From positions 510,001-542,000 of the forward strand of contig OZ245819.1 in NCBI GenBank assembly GCA_965228485.1: 32,000 nucleotides of DNA, read 5' to 3'. Source of the DNA: Candidatus Saccharimonadota bacterium (GTDB lineage: Bacteria > Patescibacteriota > Gracilibacteria > UBA4473). The number at the start of each line of letters is the position of its first letter. Position 1 is the first letter of the stretch. Made by a program: the position numbers and the translations under genes. Shown here piece by piece: positions 1 to 7,539 of this stretch. The notes below the pieces were generated by a model that made no database searches, was not told where the DNA came from, and worked only from the letters and a program-made list of their open reading frames with translations.

Positions 1-1318
1 TGTATCCGTTATCATCAATAGCTACTTCTTGTAGTGTTATAGATTGAGTCGCCATCGGTTCATCTACAAAATTAAAAGAAGTCCCCGCTATATCTTGAAA
101 ATCTGCCGTAAAGAAGACCGTATCTCCGGTGGTTTCTGTTGGCATATTAAGCGTGATGATATCATCAATCCCTGCAAAAGTTTTTCCCTCTGGAAGAGTG
201 ACAAAAGTAAAGTCTGTAAAATCTAATCCTGGTGGTTGATTATCGATATTAAACAACTTACTCGTAATCGTTCTGGTTACGGTTGCGGTAGAATAAGTCA
301 TTGTAATTGGAACGGACTGACTTCCATCGTCGTCATCGGCCACAATAACAAAACTATCTACTCCTGGAACAAAGGCTGCAGGTCCGACAATACTAGATAA
401 ATCGATTGAGAAAGTCCCTCGTGAAGAAAAATCAAACGGTGCAAAACTGGCAGTCATCGTATCACCAATTCTGAATATATCTGAGTCATCTCCAGCTGTT
501 GACCCCAAAAAGTTCAATTTAGCTGAATAGTCAGTGGTATCCACAATAAAAGTCTCAGCAGTATCGGTAGATCCCTGAAAATCAACTTCTAACTGTCGGG
601 TTTCAATAAACTCTCCTTTTTCCGTAAAGTTCTTTCCAAATACTCCAATATTTTGAACTCTTAAGGTTCCGCTTCCAGACAAAAGAAACGTAATCTGACT
701 AGATGAAACCGTAAGATTTGAAACCGTAAAATTTCCACTGGCTACAACTAAATTTGGAACATCAGAAGAAAACTCCAACGCTGCCTGAGGAATAAAATTC
801 AGAACAATATCATTAAGATTCCCATCACTGCTGATGGTAAAATCTTCAGTAGAGGTCATATCTATTCGATCACTGGCATCATCGAACGTAGCCGTAATGC
901 CCGTAATTCCATCAAGAAAAGACTCAAGATCACCAACGGTTGTTGTAGCGGTAATACTGAGGGTCGTTTCGGTTGGCACACTATCGGTAACCGTGATGGT
1001 GTCTCCATCAGTAAAATCATTTAGCGTATCTAGAATTGTCGTATTATCGACGACGACTCCAAAACTAATCACGCCAATCCCTGGTTGCTGAAACGCGGCC
1101 CCATCATCAAAACCAATAACTACCGGCTCAGCCAGAACTGGTGCCGCTTGAGTAAGTAGTATCTCATCAAGAAGTATCTTATTATCGTTATCTACATTTG
1201 TTACCTGGATTAACTGAGACCCTCCTCCTGTCACTGTATCAAAAGCCCATACCGTCGGTCCCACAAAGGCACAACCAACCATAAATACTAATCCCCCTAA
1301 AATTTTTCGTAAAAACAT
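1..1318 (-). CDS. Large secreted/surface protein, N-terminal ~439 codons (3' end runs off the left edge)
   Basis: Absent from the ORF track because it has no stop in the window. Hand translation of the minus strand from ATG 1318-1316 gives MFLRKILGGLVFMVGCAFVGPTVWAFDTVTGGGSQLIQVTNVDNDNK... and stays open to position 2. Signal peptide (possible lipobox MVGC). T/S/D/N/G/V-rich, beta-type composition as in adhesin-like proteins. No family recognised. Confidence 0.75.
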   Translation of the reverse strand, partial: MFLRKILGGLVFMVGCAFVGPTVWAFDTVTGGGSQLIQVTNVDNDNKILLDEILLTQAAPVLAEPVVIGFDDGAAFQQPGIGVISFGVVVDNTTILDTLNDFTDGDTITVTDSVPTETTLSITATTTVGDLESFLDGITGITATFDDASDRIDMTSTEDFTISSDGNLNDIVLNFIPQAALEFSSDVPNLVVASGNFTVSNLTVSSSQITFLLSGSGTLRVQNIGVFGKNFTEKGEFIETRQLEVDFQGSTDTAETFIVDTTDYSAKLNFLGSTAGDDSDIFRIGDTMTASFAPFDFSSRGTFSIDLSSIVGPAAFVPGVDSFVIVADDDDGSQSVPITMTYSTATVTRTITSKLFNIDNQPPGLDFTDFTFVTLPEGKTFAGIDDIITLNMPTETTGDTVFFTADFQDIAGTSFNFVDEPMATQSITLQEVAIDDNGY

Positions 1319-1354
1319 CCGATTATTATACCAGAAAAAGCTAAAAAAATAAAG

Positions 1355-1384
1355 CCAAAAAACCTGATGTAGATCAGGTTTTCA
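1355..1384 (-). terminator. Rho-independent terminator after the 612-aa gene
   Basis: Stem CCTGAT (1363-1368) / ATCAGG (1373-1378) with a 4-nt loop, flanked by an A-run (1357-1362) and a T-run (1379-1382). Read on the minus strand, the stem is followed by U6. It lies about 25 nt downstream of the stop at 1408. Confidence 0.6.
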
Positions 1385-1407
1385 AGGGCGTTTTAAATAT
1401 AAAAATA

Positions 1408-3219
1408 TTAGTCTCGACGATTCACAAAATAATTGGTTGGCAATCCCCCAAGTAAATAACCCGAAAACCAATCACTCGAAGTTTGCGTGTGAGGTCGTCC
1501 AGAATGATCTGACCAAATAAAATTGTAATTACTCGATCGAACCGATGAAAGGGGCCCCTTTCCAAGAGATCCATCTCCCAAAATTTTTACCGCTACTGAA
1601 TCGCTACTACTAGTTGACCCTGTATTATTGAGCTTCAACATAAGAGAAAATTCACGTGTTTGATTTCGATCAATGTAAACTTCAGAATTTGCATCAAAGA
1701 CAATCTTATTCCCGCTTGCGGAAGTGACATTAAAGAGGTTATTGTTAATCACATTTCCGTTATGTACCATCATTAAGGCTGCATCATCAGTACTGAGTCC
1801 TCCTGGAAACTCTAGTCCATTGAGAATAGCTTCAAGAGAAATTCTTCCAATCGATAAATCTCCACCTCCACTATTACCAATTCTAAACCGAGCTACTTCT
1901 GATAAACTTCCAGTTGGAACTAACTCTGGCTGTACCGAAGAAAAGGCTACTCCCCCTCCTGCAGGAGTTCCCCCTTGAGTAACGGTGAAAGTATGAGGAT
2001 CGAAATCAATACTCTTCTGGCTATCTGGAACATTTCTACCAGCACCATAACCATAGAGCACGACATCACTATCCTGAATATCAAGCTGAAGACGATTTTC
2101 ACTCACATTACTTGGGATTTGGTCTTTAACGACTACCTCAAACCCAAGAGCGGCTCTCCCATTACGAGCAATAGCTAAACGACTTTCCCCTGAGAGTGTA
2201 AACGTTGCTTTTCCATTGATAAATCTTCTCGATCCTAAAATTCGATTCGAACCAAGATCCCAAAGATTTACCTGACTAATAAGTGAATCCACGTTATTTC
2301 CATAGGTATTTCTCACCGTCACTTTTTCCAGAATAAGATCATCACCATGTGCATAAAGATTAGTCGTAAGAACTACGGCATCTTCTCCTGCCGTAAGATT
2401 TCGACCATAAATTGTCTGTCCTCGAAGTTGAGCATTCCCAGAAACTGCCGCATCTGTACTTGGATTGAGAACGATATAATCAGAAGTGGTTTTCCCAGTA
2501 ATCTTAATCGGAACTCCACTTACACCCGATTCTTTAGTGGCTTTAATATCAAGGAGTTTTACCCGGAAGCTTCCTGAAAAACGAGGAAACAGATCTGGAT
2601 CATCTACCTTAACTTTGACATCAAGTTCCCAATCTTCTCCAACGGCTAAACGCAGATTATTAAATTTAAGAGTTAAATATCCATTTTTAGAAAACGGGAA
2701 GTCCTGATCATCAATCACTAGACTCAAATCACTCAAATCACTTGGAAGTCCCCGACTATCAGTGATCTGAAACTTCAACTGAGTTACCTTTAGAGCTTCG
2801 TTAAAAGTGGTACTACTTCGAACAGAATTATTTTTGAACCCAATAGTAAAAAGGTCAATTGGGTCATTCGTAATTTTATAAATATATTCCGACTGAGTTT
2901 TTGGTACTACAAAAGCCGTAAGTCCAGAAGCGACAGGAGAAGTATAGCGTGGGTAGGTATAGCTCGTTCCCGAAGATGTATTTCGACCATAGTAAGGGTT
3001 ATAAACCCGCCGAGACGTTGTCGACGTGTTGGTTGAAGTTTTCGATGGAGTTCGAGTATAACGATACGTTGGCCGACTAAAACGACTGTAATTATACTGA
3101 GGATATTTTTCCTGTGCGTATTTCTGCCAATAAGAAAAACCGCTAGCCTGCCCCATCGTAGGGAAGAATCCTAAACACATAAAAACCATCAAACTGAAAC
3201 CGAGAGCTTTTTTCATCAT
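1408..3219 (-). CDS. Secreted protein of unknown function with a Tyr/Arg/Thr/Ser-rich N-terminal segment
   Basis: The track ORF is 1408-3246, with a GTG start at 3246. I prefer ATG 3219 (MMKKALGFSLMVFMCLGFFPTMGQASG, a classic signal peptide), because TTGATT (3254-3249) and CATTAT (3232-3227) form a promoter-like pair ending 7 nt before it. After the low-complexity segment the protein is beta-rich (N/S/T/G/V). No family recognised. Confidence 0.8.
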   Translation of the reverse strand: MMKKALGFSLMVFMCLGFFPTMGQASGFSYWQKYAQEKYPQYNYSRFSRPTYRYTRTPSKTSTNTSTTSRRVYNPYYGRNTSSGTSYTYPRYTSPVASGLTAFVVPKTQSEYIYKITNDPIDLFTIGFKNNSVRSSTTFNEALKVTQLKFQITDSRGLPSDLSDLSLVIDDQDFPFSKNGYLTLKFNNLRLAVGEDWELDVKVKVDDPDLFPRFSGSFRVKLLDIKATKESGVSGVPIKITGKTTSDYIVLNPSTDAAVSGNAQLRGQTIYGRNLTAGEDAVVLTTNLYAHGDDLILEKVTVRNTYGNNVDSLISQVNLWDLGSNRILGSRRFINGKATFTLSGESRLAIARNGRAALGFEVVVKDQIPSNVSENRLQLDIQDSDVVLYGYGAGRNVPDSQKSIDFDPHTFTVTQGGTPAGGGVAFSSVQPELVPTGSLSEVARFRIGNSGGGDLSIGRISLEAILNGLEFPGGLSTDDAALMMVHNGNVINNNLFNVTSASGNKIVFDANSEVYIDRNQTREFSLMLKLNNTGSTSSSDSVAVKILGDGSLGKGPLSSVRSSNYNFIWSDHSGRPHTQTSSDWFSGYLLGGLPTNYFVNRRD

Positions 3220-3280
3220 CAGAAAAATAATGAGCATATTTTCCACAAAATCAAACGAAGTCTTCCTGAGCTCTGTGACA

Positions 3281-3320
3281 AAAGAAAAAAGGCCTTCAGA
3301 TCTGAGGGCCTTTTTTCTTT
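3281..3320 (-). terminator. Rho-independent (bidirectional-looking) terminator after the 300-aa gene
   Basis: GGCCTTCAGA (3291-3300) / TCTGAGGGCC (3301-3310) form a GC-rich hairpin with one G-U pair. It is flanked by an A-run (3281-3290) and a T-run (3311-3320), and sits 15-50 nt downstream of the stop at 3335. Confidence 0.7.
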
Positions 3321-3334
3321 TGTTTTAGAAGTTA

Positions 3335-4237
3335 TTAGTTCACTAATTCTTCTGGGTAGATTCTAAATGAATCAAAAATTTTCTTATCTAGCCCTGTGTA
3401 TTTACTCACTACTTTTTGAGGAATTTTAACCTCCACCAGATAAACTCCATTTTCTTGATTTTGAACCAAGTATCGACTCACCGTATAAACGTCTCCATTA
3501 AGGAAATAAGCTGAAAATTGTTCTGTATAAGTAGAGGTTTGAATTCCTAGGTTGTTAAGAACTGTATCGTTCTTTTTTGATTGTCGAATAATTGTATCAA
3601 CGATTGTGATTTTCCCTTGTCCAGGAATAGCTTCGTAATTTTCGTTTTTACTAATTTTTACCGCACACTCGGTAAATCCGTATGAATATTCACAAACAGA
3701 TTTATCAAAAATCTCTACTCTCACCTCTACATCTTGATCGTAAGTGTATTGGTGACTCACATTTGAGCCTGTCTCGTATCCAACTGGAAGTTGAAGAGAA
3801 AAAGTATCGTTATTATGAGTGACAAATTTGAAATTTGGTAACCTTTGATTTGTCGTTCGAACCGTTTTTGTTTTCTCTTTACTCGTTTTCCAAGGAGCTC
3901 GAGTGGTGGTAGAAAACGTTCGAAGTTTCCGTTGAGAATCAGTATCTACTTTTTCTGTGGCTTTTACGTAGTAACTTTGCTGTATAGCACGAGTATTTCG
4001 GTACAATCGTGCATTCCCCTGATAGGTAGCATATGTTTTTTCACCTTCGCTTTTAGTCGTTGTTTCTGCTTTATTTCTCGTAGTATCTCCATAACGACCT
4101 CGATAATAAGTCACTCGTTTTGCATCCTTTTGACTCATAAGATAAGCATGATATGCATCTCTCGAAGCTTCAGAAAATGGGATAATTGCCGAACCTAAGA
4201 TACCTACACCGATAGCCGTTACAATGAATTTTTTCAT
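3335..4237 (-). CDS. Secreted protein, paralog-like to the next gene (Tyr/Arg-rich N-terminus plus globular C-terminal domain)
   Basis: 300-aa ORF with signal peptide MKKFIVTAIGVGILGSAIIPFSEAS. It shares the motif KRVTYYRG with SKVTCYRG in the upstream gene, a close Cys pair (CEYSYGFTEC versus CAESNFWTC) and a similar C-terminal ending. Its start is 8 nt after the upstream stop. Confidence 0.8.
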   Translation of the reverse strand: MKKFIVTAIGVGILGSAIIPFSEASRDAYHAYLMSQKDAKRVTYYRGRYGDTTRNKAETTTKSEGEKTYATYQGNARLYRNTRAIQQSYYVKATEKVDTDSQRKLRTFSTTTRAPWKTSKEKTKTVRTTNQRLPNFKFVTHNNDTFSLQLPVGYETGSNVSHQYTYDQDVEVRVEIFDKSVCEYSYGFTECAVKISKNENYEAIPGQGKITIVDTIIRQSKKNDTVLNNLGIQTSTYTEQFSAYFLNGDVYTVSRYLVQNQENGVYLVEVKIPQKVVSKYTGLDKKIFDSFRIYPEELVN

Positions 4238-4245
4238 TCCAGAAT

Positions 4246-5145
4246 TTAGTTTTTAAACCGGAAGCTTTCCGTAATTTCGTACATTTGTTGTGCTGCAGCT
4301 TCTTTATTAGAGGTGTTAGCCACTCCTTCAATTCGAGTGATGCTTCCATCTACTGGGTTAAGCGCATTGAAAACAAAGTAAGAGTATTGTTTAGATCCGT
4401 TGATCGTATCAAAACTTTCAGAAGTTGTTGGATAGTAATCAAAATCTAGATCATTTGTTTGATTCCATCGGTACTCTGTCAGAAGATTTAGGATTGATCC
4501 CATTTCTCGAGCATCTCGGAATTGTTTATTTAGGTTCATTGAACAAGTCCAGAAATTAGATTCTGCACATCGGTAACTTGATGGCGTTTGGCTAATTCGG
4601 AAAGCTAGGCTTGTTCCAGAAGCTCGATAAACACCGTTTGAATCTTGAGCGAACTTCCCTACTTCTAGATCGAAATCTTCGTTATTAGTAACGCTTAGGT
4701 TATTTGTTTCTTCATCGTCATTCCCAAGATAACTGACTCCTCGTTCTACGTAATTTCCTTCTCGGATGTACAGTCTCTGACTTTGATACGTATTTGGGTA
4801 TCGAGGATTCTGAGAAGATCGTGATCGTTTGTAAGCATCAAGTGCTGCTCGATAATTACCAGGACGGTAAGGCTGAGCTTGTCGAGCAATAGTGTTTTGC
4901 CCACTTTCCATGGCTACATCGTAACAAGGTTCTCCACGATAACAAGTTACCTTGCTAGCATTTTGACTTCGGTACTGCCATGGAGCCAATCTGTCACTTA
5001 CTGGTCGGTAAGTTCGCAGATTTGGGTAGTACTGCTTATAATAAGGATATTGCGTAAGATGATAGCTGTAACTTGAAGCAGAACCAACCGCAACGATGGC
5101 TCCTGTTACCAGCATCAAACCGAGACCGAGAAGCATTTTTTTCAT
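4246..5145 (-). CDS. Secreted protein, Tyr/Arg-rich N-terminus plus globular C-terminal domain
   Basis: 299-aa ORF with signal peptide MKKMLLGLGLMLVTGAIVAVGSASS, followed by about 110 residues rich in Y/R/Q/P/N/S. CAAAAT (5157-5152) lies 6 nt before the ATG. Confidence 0.8.
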   Translation of the reverse strand: MKKMLLGLGLMLVTGAIVAVGSASSYSYHLTQYPYYKQYYPNLRTYRPVSDRLAPWQYRSQNASKVTCYRGEPCYDVAMESGQNTIARQAQPYRPGNYRAALDAYKRSRSSQNPRYPNTYQSQRLYIREGNYVERGVSYLGNDDEETNNLSVTNNEDFDLEVGKFAQDSNGVYRASGTSLAFRISQTPSSYRCAESNFWTCSMNLNKQFRDAREMGSILNLLTEYRWNQTNDLDFDYYPTTSESFDTINGSKQYSYFVFNALNPVDGSITRIEGVANTSNKEAAAQQMYEITESFRFKN

Positions 5146-5170
5146 GAGACAATTTTGTGAGTAAATAAAG

Positions 5171-5214
5171 AAAAAACAAAGGTCGGAGGGGCCCGAATAT
5201 TGTTTTTTGTTTTT
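5171..5214 (-). terminator. Possible terminator downstream of the 156-aa gene
   Basis: AAAAAACAA (5171-5179) / TTGTTTTTT (5200-5208) enclose a GC core TCGG (5183-5186) / CCGA (5193-5196). On the minus strand the structure is followed by a U-rich run. It is about 100 nt from the stop at 5312, so the assignment is tentative. Confidence 0.4.
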
Positions 5215-5311
5215 AGCTTCTCTATCTTTTTAATTTAAAAGCCGTAATTGTCAACTTTTTTACAGGACAATTACATCAAAGAAGCAAGATAAGAAACGTA
5301 TGTTCGTAAAA

Positions 5312-5782
5312 TTAGTGACGCCAGACGTAACGTCTATACAAATCCTCTAGCCTTTCCATGGTTGCATTCACCAATTCTGCCAAAATTTGACGCAATTGAC
5401 GAATCTCTTCAATCAGTGCTTCAACTTTAGCGGGAGAATAGTTTTTTGACTTTTGCAGTTTTGTTACCTCTCTTACCAACTCATTAGTTCTTTTGGTAAT
5501 CACTTTCTTTAGTTCTGCCTTTTGCTTCTGTGGTGTTGGTAAAACAAGTTTGATATCTTGAGCAATAGATTTATCTGCCTTAGATTTTGTAGTACTTGCT
5601 GGCTGTGATTTTTTCCCTCTAGACTGAGGAATATTTTCTGAAGCATTTTCTCCCACAACCTCTGATACTTTCTCTGATGCCACCTCCATTCCTTCTGGAG
5701 CATCCACCACACCATCAAGAGACCCCACTTCATGAGCGATAATGTTTTCAAAGTTAGAAGTAGGTTTTTCTCCAGTTTTCAT
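5312..5782 (-). CDS. Hypothetical protein (acidic, likely disordered N-half; helical, basic C-half)
   Basis: 156-aa ORF. The C-terminal half (KQKAELKKVITKRTNELVREVTKLQK...IEEIRQLRQILAELV) looks coiled-coil. No family recognised. Confidence 0.65.
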   Translation of the reverse strand: MKTGEKPTSNFENIIAHEVGSLDGVVDAPEGMEVASEKVSEVVGENASENIPQSRGKKSQPASTTKSKADKSIAQDIKLVLPTPQKQKAELKKVITKRTNELVREVTKLQKSKNYSPAKVEALIEEIRQLRQILAELVNATMERLEDLYRRYVWRH

Positions 5783-5811
5783 CGGTCAAACTATTTGACA
5801 ATAATCTACTA

Positions 5812-5840
5812 ATTTTACCATACTTGGCAATTAATTGAAA
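5812..5840 (-). promoter_or_regulatory. Sigma70-like promoter for the 156-aa gene
   Basis: Minus strand reads TTTCAA, 17 nt, then TGgTAAAAT (an extended -10, with TAAAAT at 5817-5812). It lies directly after the stop of the upstream gene and about 30 nt before ATG 5782. Confidence 0.45.
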
Positions 5841-5842
5841 GA

Positions 5843-7537
5843 CTAATAGCCACCCAATATTCTCAAACCTCCGACCATAGACTCAATTTCTGAATAAATA
5901 GTTTCGAAAAATTTAGAATCAGCTTCAGCATCAATAAAAAATAAATAATGACCGTATTCCTTACTCGCTCTCCGAGAATCTAATTTCACTAAGTTAATTT
6001 TGTGTGAGGCTAACAACGATAATACTTGCGCTAGATTTCCAGACTTATCACCCGTAAACCAAAATACAAAACTCACATGATCTGGAGATTTTTGTACGGC
6101 ATCCCTTGCCACTCGAATAAAACTAGTATAGTTGTCTTCTCCCTGGATATCAGGCTGAACTACCTCCAAACCTAACTTTTGTGCTAAAAGTTCTGAGCCA
6201 ATAGCCGCTATACTTGGATCCATTGCAGATTGAACCATGCCTCCTGCGACAGCCGTAGAGGCTTCTTGTTTAAGGGTTATATCAGCAAAGTTAGCCCGAA
6301 TAAACTCCTTACTTTGAGCCAACGCTTGCGGATGAGAAATAATTGTTTTAATCGTTGCTAAGTTCGCACCACTTATTCCGAGTAAATTTTGCTGGATTGG
6401 TTTTTTAACCTTCTCAATAATCTGAATATTTGGATGTTCAAACAAACCATCTAATGTCTGAAAAACCGAACCTTCTCGGGAATTCTCATAAGGCAAAATC
6501 CCAGATTCGACCGTCCCATTTTCCACGGCATCAAAGACTTCAAATATATTAGAAAAATATCGACGACTTGCCTCTCCTTTTATATTCATAAGGCTACTAG
6601 CCTCATCGGTATGAGAAAAAGGCTCTCCAAAAATACCAACTTCGGCCTTTTGGTTCTCAATCTTCTCATCATTATTCCGAGGTTTGTTGGTGTAGTTAGA
6701 AAGAAAGCTCTGTGAATCATTATAAGATTTTTCACAGAATTCTGGAGTCAAAAAATCTGTTGTTTGATCAAATTTTTTGATCAATCTTTCTCGGTCCCTA
6801 TTTGCTACCGTCGACTCAAGATCATCTGTTGCTCGTTTAAATAGGTTTGTGAACTGTGGAGCACTTAAGTTTTGCGTAGCAATATCCGCATAAAGATCAG
6901 GATTTTGGGCAAACATTCGCCCCATCACCTCCAATTTCAAACGATAAGAAGGAGAGGATACCTTCCATATAGTTTCAAAACCAAATCCCGAATTTTTAAG
7001 CGTTTCCCCCATAACCATATCCGACATATGTGAGGCACACTGCACAATCCCCATAAGATCATCATGCTCTTTTGGAGAAAAAGCCATAAGGTCAAAGGCG
7101 CCTAAAAGTTTGAGTAAGTTGTCCAAAGAGTCCTCACTAATTCTTTCTGGACAATAGATAAGCGTCTGTCCCTCTATATTCGGAAGTGGACCAAAAAGCG
7201 GATGTAGCCCACAAACTTCGGATTTTGACTGAAGCATTGCCTTAACGGGCTGCTGTTTCACACTGGTAAAATCTGTCCAGATTTGATCTTCGCGAGAAAA
7301 CGGCAAACATTCTTCAATAACCTGTTCCGTCACGCTAATCGGTACAGCAAAGATAACGAGGTCACAACATTGAACAATTCTAGTGTTCGAAACTTTCGTC
7401 TTCCGACCAGAAACCATCACTTCAAGTTCTGGAAATTTTTGCTCAAAATAACCAGCGAATCTCGCTCCTAAGCCTTGAGTTCCTCCAATAATACCAATTG
7501 ATTTTATCTTCATACGAAAATCATCGTATTGAAACAA
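5843..7537 (-). CDS. Bifunctional prephenate dehydrogenase (TyrA) / prephenate dehydratase (PheA) with a C-terminal ACT domain
   Basis: N-half: Rossmann motif IGIIGGTQGLG, then GLHPLFGP and SPKEHDDLMGIVQCASH, as in TyrA. C-half: GIFGEPFSHTDEA, ILPYENSREGSV and ISHPQALAQS, as in the PDT domain. Then an ACT-like TSFIRVAR...GNLAQVLSLLASHKINLVKLDSRRA...YLFFID. An alternative start is M9 (7513). Confidence 0.85.
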   Translation of the reverse strand: MFQYDDFRMKIKSIGIIGGTQGLGARFAGYFEQKFPELEVMVSGRKTKVSNTRIVQCCDLVIFAVPISVTEQVIEECLPFSREDQIWTDFTSVKQQPVKAMLQSKSEVCGLHPLFGPLPNIEGQTLIYCPERISEDSLDNLLKLLGAFDLMAFSPKEHDDLMGIVQCASHMSDMVMGETLKNSGFGFETIWKVSSPSYRLKLEVMGRMFAQNPDLYADIATQNLSAPQFTNLFKRATDDLESTVANRDRERLIKKFDQTTDFLTPEFCEKSYNDSQSFLSNYTNKPRNNDEKIENQKAEVGIFGEPFSHTDEASSLMNIKGEASRRYFSNIFEVFDAVENGTVESGILPYENSREGSVFQTLDGLFEHPNIQIIEKVKKPIQQNLLGISGANLATIKTIISHPQALAQSKEFIRANFADITLKQEASTAVAGGMVQSAMDPSIAAIGSELLAQKLGLEVVQPDIQGEDNYTSFIRVARDAVQKSPDHVSFVFWFTGDKSGNLAQVLSLLASHKINLVKLDSRRASKEYGHYLFFIDAEADSKFFETIYSEIESMVGGLRILGGY

Positions 7538-7539
7538 AC

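Noticed and set aside
1432-1443. LPTN near the C-terminus of the 612-aa protein as a sortase LPXTG-type signal.
   Set aside because: Only 7 residues follow it (YFVNRRD). There is no hydrophobic span, so it is not a sorting signal.
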